Below are positions 1 to 10,984 of a stretch of 64,000 nt of DNA, piece after piece (position 1 is the first letter of the stretch; each line of letters opens with the position of its first letter). Under the pieces are notes generated by a model. That model was not told where the DNA came from and did no database searches. It saw only the letters and a program-made list of their open reading frames with translations. The position numbers and the translations under genes are program-made. The stretch lies in NCBI GenBank assembly GCA_963667035.1, contig OY762964.1:1-64000 (forward strand), written 5' to 3'. Origin of the DNA: Candidatus Cloacimonadales bacterium (GTDB lineage Bacteria > Cloacimonadota > Cloacimonadia > Cloacimonadales > JAFGVF01).

Positions 1-1
1 T

Positions 2-457
<456 letters not shown>

Positions 458-477
458 TTTATTCAGTATAATATATC

Positions 478-501
478 AGGGCAGACAGTTATGTCTGCCC
501 T
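478..501. terminator. Intrinsic terminator hairpin between convergent genes
   Basis: AGGGCAGACA-gtta-TGTCTGCCCT perfect 10-bp stem. Confidence 0.75.
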
Positions 502-524
502 ATTTATATATCTTAAATATAATA

Positions 525-2456
525 CTAATAACCAGCTTCATCACTATTGTTCAGAATGGAATATTCATTATAATTGGTTATAATAAACCTATCAGTAAAT
601 GGGAAGTGTGGTGGTTGTACGGAAGTTAATCTTATATCATTATAATACTGTGTTTCATACCCGATTCCTGAAAGAGGTGTATCACTTCCATATTGGGCTA
701 TATCGGTAATGCTTTCATCATTAAACATCCATATATTCTGTGTCAGATTTTCATTTTGATAATTTGAACGATGCATAAAACCTTTTCTTCTTTGAGCTAC
801 TGAGCCATAAAGAAATATTGTTCCTCTTTCTCCTGCGTATTGGTTTATATCATCAGGACCTTCCGGGTACAGTGGATTGTAGAAAGGATAATCCCAATAT
901 GCAGACCAAGTATTATTTGCTGTGTTTCCGTTATAGGGGATTATTGAACCATATCCGGTTGGTTGGTAACCTAAGGCGGGTATATATGACATGCCTACTA
1001 AATCAGGATATGGTATCTGCTGTTCTGTGAAGACAGTATCCATTTCGGGATCATATATTGTTGGACGTCCACCTAGTAATTGGTATATAACTGATGGATG
1101 GGTAGAAAAATGAGGGTGTTGATATTCGAAAGTAAACACTCCATCATAATTCGGATTACCTCCACCATCACCCAAAGCACAAAGAGCAGCATAAATATAA
1201 ATATCGTTACTGTTAGGATGCCTTCTCGGATAATATCCATATTCATTTGGATTCTCCATTAAATCAGGCATTCCATATTTGATAACTATATTTTTTTCTG
1301 ATACAATACCTACATAATCATTACGATTATATGTAAGGGGATCATCAGGACTATCGCCCATTGCAGTTCCATCCAGAAGAATACTTCCTGCTAAGAATAA
1401 TGTATCAGAACATGCCCATGTTTGTGCTCCCGCAAACTGTCCTTCAAGCCACAACTGAGGTCCATCGATCATAATCGAGCTTCCTGAAGGGCAACTAGTG
1501 GCAAATGCAGACCAGGTCGTATCTTTTCGAGTCATTCGATTAACAGCAGTTCTATCCTTTACAAACTCGTAGGGCCATTGTACTCCCTCATAATCAGTCC
1601 AAACGTCAGGTTCAACAACAAGATTTATTAACGAATCTATAGATCCGGTTACTATTGTACCAAGGTATCCCACTGTTGATGATCCTAGAGATCTTACATA
1701 TAGAATATCACCAGTGGGACTAATAGTTGTTCCATATGTACGAATATTCTCTGCTATCGTTGGCAGTTCTATGGGAGCTACATTTTCATGATATACATTT
1801 CTGAATATCTGATCTTCCGGACCTGCACCTGTTAACCAATTTATATTTCCTCCTATTGAGACTTTACCGAAGAAACATGGCCAAGGTCCATTATATTCGT
1901 TATTACCACCATCTTGGATAACTAAATCATGATTTGTATGGATCGAACCAAAGACAACATCATTTCCCCAAAATCTTGTATAAGAATTGTTGACTGACAT
2001 CTCTTTGTCTGTGAAATAATGAATTGAAGCGAAACTTAATCTACTTAATTCGGCATGACGGTGCCTATTGATTATCTTATCATGATTGATAAATTGAGTT
2101 TTAGATTTTCCAACTCCCGATTTTATCTTAAAACTTAGTATTTCATCACCTAAGACTTTATTTACTAATATACTGGAATCGGTTCTGTATGTATGATTAT
2201 AGTTTAGTCCTTTAACCGTAATTCTACGACTGGGTAGGGATAAACTCGTGTTAAGTCCCGAATTATTTACGACTGTGAAGCAACGTTCAAGTTCAGATCT
2301 AAGTAAGACATGTTCCTGAGCATTTTGTAGGGACCTTTTTGATTCAGCATTGTCAGTTTGAGAAATTAGGGCAAGTGAAAGACAGGATACTAGGCTAATA
2401 ACAATAAGTAAAATTGCTAAAGATAGTGATCCTTTTTCATTTGAAAAAGTATACAT
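525..2456 (-). CDS. PilX-like minor pilin N-terminus, DUF4900-like protein
   Basis: N-term NEKG/SLSLAILLIVISLV prepilin-like segment; YFTD..FWGNDVVFGSIHTN, GIVSEKNIVI, IYAAL, LYGSVAQ motifs; GGAGG RBS. Confidence 0.6.
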   Translation of the reverse strand: MYTFSNEKGSLSLAILLIVISLVSCLSLALISQTDNAESKRSLQNAQEHVLLRSELERCFTVVNNSGLNTSLSLPSRRITVKGLNYNHTYRTDSSILVNKVLGDEILSFKIKSGVGKSKTQFINHDKIINRHRHAELSRLSFASIHYFTDKEMSVNNSYTRFWGNDVVFGSIHTNHDLVIQDGGNNEYNGPWPCFFGKVSIGGNINWLTGAGPEDQIFRNVYHENVAPIELPTIAENIRTYGTTISPTGDILYVRSLGSSTVGYLGTIVTGSIDSLINLVVEPDVWTDYEGVQWPYEFVKDRTAVNRMTRKDTTWSAFATSCPSGSSIMIDGPQLWLEGQFAGAQTWACSDTLFLAGSILLDGTAMGDSPDDPLTYNRNDYVGIVSEKNIVIKYGMPDLMENPNEYGYYPRRHPNSNDIYIYAALCALGDGGGNPNYDGVFTFEYQHPHFSTHPSVIYQLLGGRPTIYDPEMDTVFTEQQIPYPDLVGMSYIPALGYQPTGYGSIIPYNGNTANNTWSAYWDYPFYNPLYPEGPDDINQYAGERGTIFLYGSVAQRRKGFMHRSNYQNENLTQNIWMFNDESITDIAQYGSDTPLSGIGYETQYYNDIRLTSVQPPHFPFTDRFIITNYNEYSILNNSDEAGY

Positions 2457-3016
2457 TTTTCCTCCAAAATAATTATAGCAGTTGCCGTACTGCTTTATTT
2501 TGCAGGATTTAGTCAGAAAGATTCTTCATCTTTCAGATTAAATCCTAACACTCAATTTATTAAACATAGCATACATTATGTCAATAAAATTTATTCTATT
2601 ATGTTTAATTTCATTGTAATAGTTATCTTTTCAGACCAAGTTATGAAGTTTTGAAATAATGTAGTGGATATGTAAATCTATGTGAAATATTCTCTTAGTT
2701 ATTATCATTGCCCTATCATAATACAGATACTAAGATACTCAAATACTGCTTTTTCTATAGAGAGTCTCAGGATTCCTTGAACAGGGGACCCTCAAGAGAC
2801 TCTTTGGAATCGTATCTCGAAATAATTGGAATTATGATAGTGCAAAGATAGAAATGACTATATTTAAGAATAGTCGAAAATCCTAAAATGAATTGAGAAA
2901 TCCAATTTATAAGATAAGACTTGACGTAAACACAATAAAGATGAATAGAATAATTAAATCAATGCATTCTTTCATATTAATAAGGTTGCGAGGAAGATTA
3001 AATAAAAGGAAGAATT

Positions 3017-4666
3017 ATGGCTAATAGCACATCAGAACAAGTCGGTTTAAAGAAATTCTTCATGTTGGCAGACTTAAAGGAGATTGCTTCTAAGAAAGCA
3101 AAACTCATTCTTAACGATAATAAAACGTTGTTAAAAGATAAGACGGGCAAACATGAAAAATTCCTTAAGAAATTAGCAAATGAGTTAGCGAAAGGTGCAA
3201 AACAAGGCTTTGCCCATAAATTTATACCTGCCGATTCCACTTTAAAAAGAGCAGCAGTTTTAACTGTTACAATAACAGATATTTTCGCCGCTATCGAGAT
3301 TAATGAAGAGTTAGAGAGTGAATATACCCAATTCATGAATGAATGTGTGGAAGAGTATAAGGCTCAGGCATCGTACTTTTTGGATAATCAAGTGAGCTTT
3401 ATAGATAATCCTGACTTTGACAGTATTTTTGATGCAACTAAGTTACTCTCCGAATCAGAACAGGGACTTTCCAATGAAACTTTGCAGGAGCTGGAAGAAT
3501 ACATCAATATCGGTATCCAGTTACATAAGAAATTGAAGACTAGTTACAAGGAGTATTCAACAGCAGCTCTGAATAACTGGAAGTCAGATTTCTTAAGTTA
3601 TTCCAATGAATCAAGACCAATAGCTATTGTGAAGTTAAGAGCGATAGTGACAGAGATTTTCAAGGCTTACTATTTGAATTTAACATCCAGCATTGAAAAA
3701 GAGATTTTAACTGAAAAGTCTCTGGATTCAGGTAGTGCTAAGAAATTAGTTAAACTTATGCTTATCTACTCATTACTTGAAAAAGACTTCTTAGGTATAT
3801 TTGAGCAGAAAAAAATTGGAAGATACTCTAAACAAGCTCTAAGCCTTAAAGAGAATCTGGACAATATAAGTGCTACTGTCGAAGAGATTGATGACCAATA
3901 TTTGAATACTCTCCAATCTACTGACCCAAAGAACTTAATACATACAGCTAACGAGTTAATGCAGGCAATAAAAAAGCTGTTTAACGAATATGAGTTTAGA
4001 TATCAAGAATTTAAAAGCTATGGCGAGCATTTGTTTGAAAGACAGAAGAGTCTCAAAAAAATTGTGGAGGATACTACAAAGAAGATATTGGATTTCTCTC
4101 TAAAAATACCTGTAGACTACAAACCTCTTCAACCGGAGATTCAATTTGAGCACTGGCAGGAAAGAATAGAAAAGATTGATAGATTAATTGAGGAGTTCAG
4201 GAAAGTAGGCTCTGCAGTTAGAGCTCTTTCCAAAGCAAGAATTAAGCTAATCTTATCAGGGGAATCGTATGCTGTGGATTTATGCCGGCGTTATCCAAAA
4301 ACAACATCACCGTTACAACATCACTTAGAACAATACAGGATTGTTATTGAGGGGGTTGGTAAGCTTTCGGGTACGGAAAGAGTTGTAAGTGAACTGGAAA
4401 CACAGGCTAGAGAATTAACTAAAATATATCAAGATTTTAAAACAAATGTTGAAAGAGCTATAAGTATTTTGGCTGCATTGAATGACAATACTTTTAAACT
4501 TACCAAACGTAACAAAAGTGATTTGTGGAATACACTACGATTCTTTAATGAAAATCAAGGAAGTGAAATACTGGTTTATCCTGATCTTGAGAAGCTTTGG
4601 GTACCTGCATTTAGAGAGTTTGAGAAAGCAAAAACAAAAATATATGATTTACTTGAGGTGGAGTAA
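3017..4666 (+). CDS. Hypothetical alpha-helical/coiled-coil protein
   Basis: 549-aa ORF, K/E/L rich, RBS AAGGA, first gene of a + strand cluster. Confidence 0.75.
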   Translation: MANSTSEQVGLKKFFMLADLKEIASKKAKLILNDNKTLLKDKTGKHEKFLKKLANELAKGAKQGFAHKFIPADSTLKRAAVLTVTITDIFAAIEINEELESEYTQFMNECVEEYKAQASYFLDNQVSFIDNPDFDSIFDATKLLSESEQGLSNETLQELEEYINIGIQLHKKLKTSYKEYSTAALNNWKSDFLSYSNESRPIAIVKLRAIVTEIFKAYYLNLTSSIEKEILTEKSLDSGSAKKLVKLMLIYSLLEKDFLGIFEQKKIGRYSKQALSLKENLDNISATVEEIDDQYLNTLQSTDPKNLIHTANELMQAIKKLFNEYEFRYQEFKSYGEHLFERQKSLKKIVEDTTKKILDFSLKIPVDYKPLQPEIQFEHWQERIEKIDRLIEEFRKVGSAVRALSKARIKLILSGESYAVDLCRRYPKTTSPLQHHLEQYRIVIEGVGKLSGTERVVSELETQARELTKIYQDFKTNVERAISILAALNDNTFKLTKRNKSDLWNTLRFFNENQGSEILVYPDLEKLWVPAFREFEKAKTKIYDLLEVE

Positions 4667-4678
4667 CAATAGTTAGCT

Positions 4679-6727
4679 ATGAAACGGTTTTTAACTCTAG
4701 GATTTCTAATTTTAATTATTTCTCTATGGTGTAGTGATGTAATCGATGTTGAGAGTAGTACCTATTATAGAAACATTACTTCAGGTTTAGAGTATAATAG
4801 AGCCTTTATGAATTCACTTGAAAGCTATAGAGATCCGATTGACTACTTTGCTAATGATGAAAAAAATAAATTGAGAGAAGACCCCTTGTATTTGGCTGAT
4901 TTAACAAAGCAAATCAGGAAGAACTTAAACCGAAAGGATGATGCTAAGCTACTTTATTTGCTTGATTTATTGGGTCAGGACAGTGATAAATATCCAAGAA
5001 ATTATTATTTCTTCCAAGATTTATATAATAAAGATGTACTTAAACCTAAAGATCTTTTCATTTATGTTACATATCTCTATGAAACGGTTTCACTTCTCTA
5101 TAAAAGTGTTTTTGAAAAACTGTCCGATGAGGAGATTAAGCTTCTTCTGGATTATGTAGAAAGAGATGTTGATTCATATAGTATCGTTAGTCCTGAACAG
5201 ATAGAATATATTCTTGAGAAAATTGATTTTGAGAAACTTTTTAAGGCCGGCTTTATCTTAAATACGGGTCTGTCTGTTATATCAAAGGAAGCAGGCAAAC
5301 TTACATTTTCAAATAGTAGACCACTTGAGAATAAAAGTAAATACGGTGTTATGATTATCGGAACTATGGATAATGACGTTTATTCGGAAGAATATACTTT
5401 CATACTTGATCCGGGAGGGAATGATTCCTATAATCTACAACCTATAAAACAAAGAGAATTTCTGGGTCTGATAGACTTTGCTGGTAATGATAGTTATCTT
5501 GGTAATAAGGAATTGCTTTCGGTTGATTTTGGTATTTGCTGTAGCTATGATTTGGGAGGTAATGATACTTATCGGGCAGATAGGATTTTCTCAGCTCAGT
5601 TTGGTTATCAGTTTCATACTGATCAAAGGGGTGATGATACGTATACGGCAGAAACAAGATCATGTGGATATGCTTCTTTTGGGTTATCTTTGCTCCAAGA
5701 TACAGGAGGAAGTGATGTGTATCTAGTTGATAGCTATTCCTTGGGTTCTGCTTTTTGTGGCGGTATTGGTGTTTTGTTTGATAAATGGGGAGATGATCTT
5801 TATCTAAGTAAACCGATAAATAGTATGATAGCTGGTTCTCAGGGATTTGGTTGGGGTTCTCAAGGATGTGAAGGGGGGATTGGGATCCTCTTTGATAAAG
5901 ATGGAAATGATGCATATTTTATTACTAATCTTGGTCAATCCGCTGCTGTTATGAATGGATTGGGACTCTTAATTGATGAGGTGGGTAACGATAGCTTTAA
6001 TAGTGGAGGGAGAGCTCAGGGATATGCAGAACATGGATCCTTTGCTTCACTGTATAATGGTGAGGGAGATGACAAATATATGATTTCAACTGAGGATATT
6101 AGCTCATCAGCTCAAAGTTGGTCTTTTGTCTTGAAAAGAGATTTTGCAGGTAACGATATTTATTGCAATCCGTTTGGAAGCTTATTCTCATTTAAAGAAT
6201 CCGGTTTCTTTATGTTTGACTTCTCAGGTGATGACGATTATAGGTGCGTTAAACAAGACAGCACACTTTATTCGATAGGCTCAGGCTTTTTCCAGGATAT
6301 ATACGGAGATGATAAATATAGTTCATCATTCTTTCAAAATGATAGTACAATGACCTCAGGATATTATTGTACTTTTACTGATAGTAACTCTATTCCAACT
6401 CCTTTGAGCAGGGAATTTAACAAAATTGAAAGAGTAGTTTATTCTGATGAGATTATGCCGGATAAGGAATTAGTTAGAATTAAGAAAAAAGTTGAAGCAG
6501 TGTATCGTTTAAACTCCCTTCCCGATTCTACTGAGGGAAAATGGGAATTAGTAAAAGAATTAGTACACAATCCTGAAGAAGCAGTTAGATATGCACTATT
6601 GGATTTGTTTAACTTTAACAACTATAGTGAAAAAAATACTGCAATCTTAGATAGTTTGTGTATAGATAAGTCTTTCCGTGTATCCGTAAAAGCAAAACAG
6701 ATAAAGAGTATAGTTAACAATAAATAA
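4679..6727 (+). CDS. Exported protein with 12 D-x-x-G-[ND]-D-x-Y repeats and C-terminal HEAT-like helices (paralog 1)
   Basis: Signal peptide; repeats DPGGNDSY, DFAGNDSY, DLGGNDTY ... DIYGDDKY. Confidence 0.75.
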   Translation: MKRFLTLGFLILIISLWCSDVIDVESSTYYRNITSGLEYNRAFMNSLESYRDPIDYFANDEKNKLREDPLYLADLTKQIRKNLNRKDDAKLLYLLDLLGQDSDKYPRNYYFFQDLYNKDVLKPKDLFIYVTYLYETVSLLYKSVFEKLSDEEIKLLLDYVERDVDSYSIVSPEQIEYILEKIDFEKLFKAGFILNTGLSVISKEAGKLTFSNSRPLENKSKYGVMIIGTMDNDVYSEEYTFILDPGGNDSYNLQPIKQREFLGLIDFAGNDSYLGNKELLSVDFGICCSYDLGGNDTYRADRIFSAQFGYQFHTDQRGDDTYTAETRSCGYASFGLSLLQDTGGSDVYLVDSYSLGSAFCGGIGVLFDKWGDDLYLSKPINSMIAGSQGFGWGSQGCEGGIGILFDKDGNDAYFITNLGQSAAVMNGLGLLIDEVGNDSFNSGGRAQGYAEHGSFASLYNGEGDDKYMISTEDISSSAQSWSFVLKRDFAGNDIYCNPFGSLFSFKESGFFMFDFSGDDDYRCVKQDSTLYSIGSGFFQDIYGDDKYSSSFFQNDSTMTSGYYCTFTDSNSIPTPLSREFNKIERVVYSDEIMPDKELVRIKKKVEAVYRLNSLPDSTEGKWELVKELVHNPEEAVRYALLDLFNFNNYSEKNTAILDSLCIDKSFRVSVKAKQIKSIVNNK

Positions 6728-6737
6728 TGGGGGGATT

Positions 6738-9191
6738 ATGAAAAGAACACTAATTTTTAGTGTATTACTTATGCTTTCAATGTTTCTAAACTCAGTTATG
6801 ATAACTGATAGAGAAAAAGAGATAATGTTTAATCAAATGAAGAAAGCACAACTAAAACCTTCTGATTTAAACTTTCTAAAAGATTGGGTTTCCTATACTG
6901 AGTTCAAGTTAAAACCTGTAGTGGAAGCATTAAATAATCCTCTTTCACTTCCTGTGTTTGCAGAGGATCTTAGATTATCTTCTGATTACGGAGGCACAGC
7001 TCTTTGCAACTATCTTCAAAGTAGGGTAACAGATTATACTATAGATCAGAAATACGATGTTAACTATTACGGAATGGAGCTGAGAGTAGAGATCGATAAA
7101 CCCGAGAAATTATTCCAATTTGTTGAATCATTCTACGAAGAAGCAAATATAAGATATATGAGTGCATTTGAGAAACTTGATGAAGATGAGATGATTAAGC
7201 TTCAAAGATACGCTTTAACTAATTTTATGGAGTCAGAAGATTCTTTGAAATACCAGAGTCTTTTTTATACTTATAATCTTAAGTGGAACGATGAAGAACA
7301 TAAGATAGAAAAGATAGAAGAGTTACAAGAACTGATTAAAAAGGTAGATTTTAAAGAGCTTATGGAAGCCGGTTATCTAGTCCACCTTTGCGGGGAATTG
7401 ATAAAGGACAATCTTTATAAGATACATTTCGAAAAGAATAAAACTTATACAAAAGATACGCAATATGGTAAGATGGCTTTTGGTTCCCTAAGCAGAGATT
7501 CATACAATGGAGACTTTGTATTTATTCTTGATCTTGCAGGAGATGATTCCTATAATACAACTACTAATCTAAATCCATTCTCTATTATAATCGATAAAGC
7601 TGGAAACGATTATTATCAAAGTAATGAGATAGGTGGATTGTTTAGTGCTCTTTTTGGAGTATCTATAGGGTATGATCTTGCCGGTGATGATGTCTATAGG
7701 GGTGATGATTATTGTTTCTCAGCTGCCTTCGGATATCAATTCTTTGAAGATTATATGGGTAATGATTACTATCAGGGTAAAGTGTATTCCTTAGCTGCTG
7801 CCTCATACGGCCTGTCTGTTATTAGAGATAAGAATGGGAATGACAGGTATTCTACCTACATGTATGGAGAGGGATTCGGTAGTACATTAGGGATTGGTGC
7901 AATCTTTGATTTAGACGGGAATGATTTATATGTAGCAGGTGGTAAGCACTTACACAAGCCCCTAGCTCCTTTTGACTATTTGTGTATGGCTCAAGGATTT
8001 GGTTTTGGAGGAAGACCGGATATGGCTGGAGGTATAGGGCTTTTACATGATAGAAATGGTAACGATACCTATCAAGGTGGGGTTTATTCTCAAGCAGGAG
8101 GATACTGGTATGCTCTCGGGCTGTTATTGGATGAGAATGGAAACGACTTCTATAACTCGGTTTACTATCCTCAAGGTACAGGAATTCATTTAGCGGCTGG
8201 ATTATTATGGGATGGTGCAGGAGAGGATAGTTACTATTCCAAACATGGACCGGGGCAAGGAGCAGGACACGATTATGGTGTTGGATTCCTGATAGACAGA
8301 GAAGGTAATGACCATTACTCGATAGAGGGAGGTAATGGATTGGGTTTAACTAACTCTGTAGGCATTTTTCTTGATGCTAAAGGTGATGACCGATACGAAA
8401 GGAACCATAATAGTAACTATGGCTATGCTAATACTGCAAGAAGCACCGGAGGTATAGGTATATTCTTGGATTTGCAAGGGAAAGATCAATATGCTCTTGA
8501 AACATGTAAAGACGATACGACTTGGGTGCGAGGTAAATGGGGTATAGGAATTGATACTCTCTCAACCTTTGTGGATGAGAAACCTGTTGAGAAGCTTGCA
8601 GAAGAAACAGTCGCAGAAGTTGACTCATTAGCCTCTATTGAAGACCTATTCTCAATTGCTTGTGAGTGGGAAGTAGGTAGTGCAGTTGAAAGAGTCAAAA
8701 AAGCTAGGAAATATCTCTTAGATAGAGAGGTAGAAGCTTCAAAATACATTTCGGAAGAGGCTATGGATAGTAAATCAGGACTTGTTTATCGGGCAATATA
8801 TGATTTCGCTAAGAATTCGGAACTATTCAGAATGACTTTTGATATGGGATTTGAGAATCCCGATAGTTTAGTTGTTAAGAAGTATATATCTCTTACTGCA
8901 GATTTAGCTGATAGCACTCATATTGGCAGATTAAAACAGTTTCTTTCTGAAAAGAAATATATTACTTCTACTTTAGCTGCCATAGGTAGTTTTAGGAATG
9001 ATGAATCTTTACAAATTCTTTCAGAGTACGTTGATTCCCCTTCTGAAGTTATACGCTTCACTGTTGCATCCATTATTAAAAGTTTCAGAACCGAAGAGGC
9101 TGACCAAATTCTTTTTAAAATGCAGGATGATGAATCTTTCCTTGTAAGAAGTTTAGTTAGAATATACATTGAAAGCAAACATAAAGAATAA
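6738..9191 (+). CDS. Exported protein with 12 D-x-x-G-[ND]-D-x-Y repeats and HEAT repeats (paralog 2)
   Basis: Signal peptide; repeats DLAGDDSY ... DLQGKDQY; C-terminal DSPSEVIRFTVA / DDESFLVRS HEAT-like units. Confidence 0.8.
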   Translation: MKRTLIFSVLLMLSMFLNSVMITDREKEIMFNQMKKAQLKPSDLNFLKDWVSYTEFKLKPVVEALNNPLSLPVFAEDLRLSSDYGGTALCNYLQSRVTDYTIDQKYDVNYYGMELRVEIDKPEKLFQFVESFYEEANIRYMSAFEKLDEDEMIKLQRYALTNFMESEDSLKYQSLFYTYNLKWNDEEHKIEKIEELQELIKKVDFKELMEAGYLVHLCGELIKDNLYKIHFEKNKTYTKDTQYGKMAFGSLSRDSYNGDFVFILDLAGDDSYNTTTNLNPFSIIIDKAGNDYYQSNEIGGLFSALFGVSIGYDLAGDDVYRGDDYCFSAAFGYQFFEDYMGNDYYQGKVYSLAAASYGLSVIRDKNGNDRYSTYMYGEGFGSTLGIGAIFDLDGNDLYVAGGKHLHKPLAPFDYLCMAQGFGFGGRPDMAGGIGLLHDRNGNDTYQGGVYSQAGGYWYALGLLLDENGNDFYNSVYYPQGTGIHLAAGLLWDGAGEDSYYSKHGPGQGAGHDYGVGFLIDREGNDHYSIEGGNGLGLTNSVGIFLDAKGDDRYERNHNSNYGYANTARSTGGIGIFLDLQGKDQYALETCKDDTTWVRGKWGIGIDTLSTFVDEKPVEKLAEETVAEVDSLASIEDLFSIACEWEVGSAVERVKKARKYLLDREVEASKYISEEAMDSKSGLVYRAIYDFAKNSELFRMTFDMGFENPDSLVVKKYISLTADLADSTHIGRLKQFLSEKKYITSTLAAIGSFRNDESLQILSEYVDSPSEVIRFTVASIIKSFRTEEADQILFKMQDDESFLVRSLVRIYIESKHKE

Positions 9192-9200
9192 GGATTATAT

Positions 9201-9563
9201 ATGAAGGAATTGAATTTCGACATGTTTGTTGAGTTGTTAGGTAGTTCTGCCAGGACTAACAATATTAAGCTTGATAGACCTATGATAATAAACTTCTACG
9301 CTTCTTGGTGTCCTGTTTGTCAAGAAGTTATGGAGATTGTCGAGAAGATTGAAAAGGATTACTCCGGAGTGGATAGCTTTTGTGTAGATACAGATGAAGA
9401 TATCTTATTATCTTCATTTTTTAGTATTGTAAGTTTGCCGACAATTGTACTTTTTGTTAATGGAGAGAAACCAATTCTCCACAAAGGTAGGCAATCAGAG
9501 CAAGAACTGAGAGAGATGTTCGAAACTACAATTGAGTCACATTATAAAACAAACAACAGTTGA
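9201..9563 (+). CDS. Thioredoxin-family protein
   Basis: NFYASWCPVC active site, SLPT cis-Pro motif. Confidence 0.85.
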   Translation: MKELNFDMFVELLGSSARTNNIKLDRPMIINFYASWCPVCQEVMEIVEKIEKDYSGVDSFCVDTDEDILLSSFFSIVSLPTIVLFVNGEKPILHKGRQSEQELREMFETTIESHYKTNNS

Positions 9564-9607
9564 CATAACATAGGCATTAACATGTTTGAACCTATATGAG
9601 GTTAAAG

Positions 9608-10984
9608 ATGAAAAGAAATAATTTGTTAATAATCATTTGTTTATTAATACTTACTGCTTGTAATAAGCCTGTCTGGGAAGTAGTAGATGGAAAGTTCCGC
9701 AGTGTTGACACTTTATCAAAACTAAAAGAGATTTCTGATTTTAATTTTACTGTTTTGGGAGAGAATGAAGGAGTCGCATTAAGTAGTGAAAGATTTCGTA
9801 GAATGTCTGAATTCACAGGGAATAATGATACTGCTTTTGTATTGGGTACAGGAGACTATCTTAATAGCTCTAAAGAAGATGAGTTCTTAAAGTATGTTAA
9901 AGAAAACAATTGGTGGAAGACAAGATTCTTTCCAAACATCTCAACCTATGAGAATGAATATTTCGGTAAGAAATATTCTGACTGGAACAGTGGTAAAGAA
10001 CTCATTAACTCTTTAAAATTTCCGGTTTATAGTGAAACTGAGTTTTATAATAACGGAGCGGATTACTACGTTCAAATTAAAGAGGCTTTCTATACTATTC
10101 ATTTATTTCAGCTACATAACCACGAGAAAGAAGGTATTAACTCCGATAAAACGGCATTATTCAAGTGGCTTGAAGAGAAAGTAGGAAGTATACAAAAAAC
10201 TGATAGAGATTTCATTATAATTTGCGGAAGAGGACTGAATGAAAGCTTTAAAGAATCAATGCATATTGATAATCTCAAAAAGTTGCAGGCAAAAGCAGAT
10301 TTAATCATATCTGACGATTTTAATCCTTTTAAAGTGGAGTATAGCGAAAACGGAGCTGTTACAATGAATTGCAGTTCCATTAACAATAATAGCAAATATA
10401 CTCCAGCAGGTTTTGTGCAAGTCTATCATTTAACCGAACCTTCAGCTTTTGTTATCCTAAATCTAAATGTTGACGATGATGAACTTCGATTACCTCCGGA
10501 TGGTAATGCTTATATTAAGTACATTAACGGTAATACGGAACCATTGTCTCTTAGGACTCCTGAACCACAAGAAATACCTGAAAGAGTTATCTGTGAAATT
10601 AAAGATAATATATCGAAAGAGGATATGCAGGTGATAGCGGAAAAACTATATGCCGGAGTTGGTGATTGTGATAAGGCTTGGGTTAATGTTGAATCCGGTT
10701 TGGATAGAGGTGAAGTCAAGTACAGCGATTTATGGGATGTATTCCCAAGAAATGGTGAGATATACATTATTCAGTTAACATATAATCAGATAAGAATGAC
10801 ATTTGGTAAAAACATGCCTTTAGATAATAGAGGAGATTGTAAGATAGCTATTGGTGATTATTTCGGGAATTACTTAATAAAGACCTTTGATATATCTGAA
10901 GATAGAGTTGAGAAAACAGGGAAGAGAGAGATTAAATTACTTGAGACATATCTCAAGGCTACTCAGAGACCGATCCGCTCTTAA
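9608..10984 (+). CDS. Lipoprotein, degenerate metallophosphoesterase plus 5'-nucleotidase C-terminal-like domain
   Basis: Lipobox LTAC; FTVLGE / LGTGDY motifs; C-terminal GEVKYSDLWDVFPRNGEIYIIQLT; start moved to ATG 9608 after GAGG. Confidence 0.55.
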   Translation: MKRNNLLIIICLLILTACNKPVWEVVDGKFRSVDTLSKLKEISDFNFTVLGENEGVALSSERFRRMSEFTGNNDTAFVLGTGDYLNSSKEDEFLKYVKENNWWKTRFFPNISTYENEYFGKKYSDWNSGKELINSLKFPVYSETEFYNNGADYYVQIKEAFYTIHLFQLHNHEKEGINSDKTALFKWLEEKVGSIQKTDRDFIIICGRGLNESFKESMHIDNLKKLQAKADLIISDDFNPFKVEYSENGAVTMNCSSINNNSKYTPAGFVQVYHLTEPSAFVILNLNVDDDELRLPPDGNAYIKYINGNTEPLSLRTPEPQEIPERVICEIKDNISKEDMQVIAEKLYAGVGDCDKAWVNVESGLDRGEVKYSDLWDVFPRNGEIYIIQLTYNQIRMTFGKNMPLDNRGDCKIAIGDYFGNYLIKTFDISEDRVEKTGKREIKLLETYLKATQRPIRS

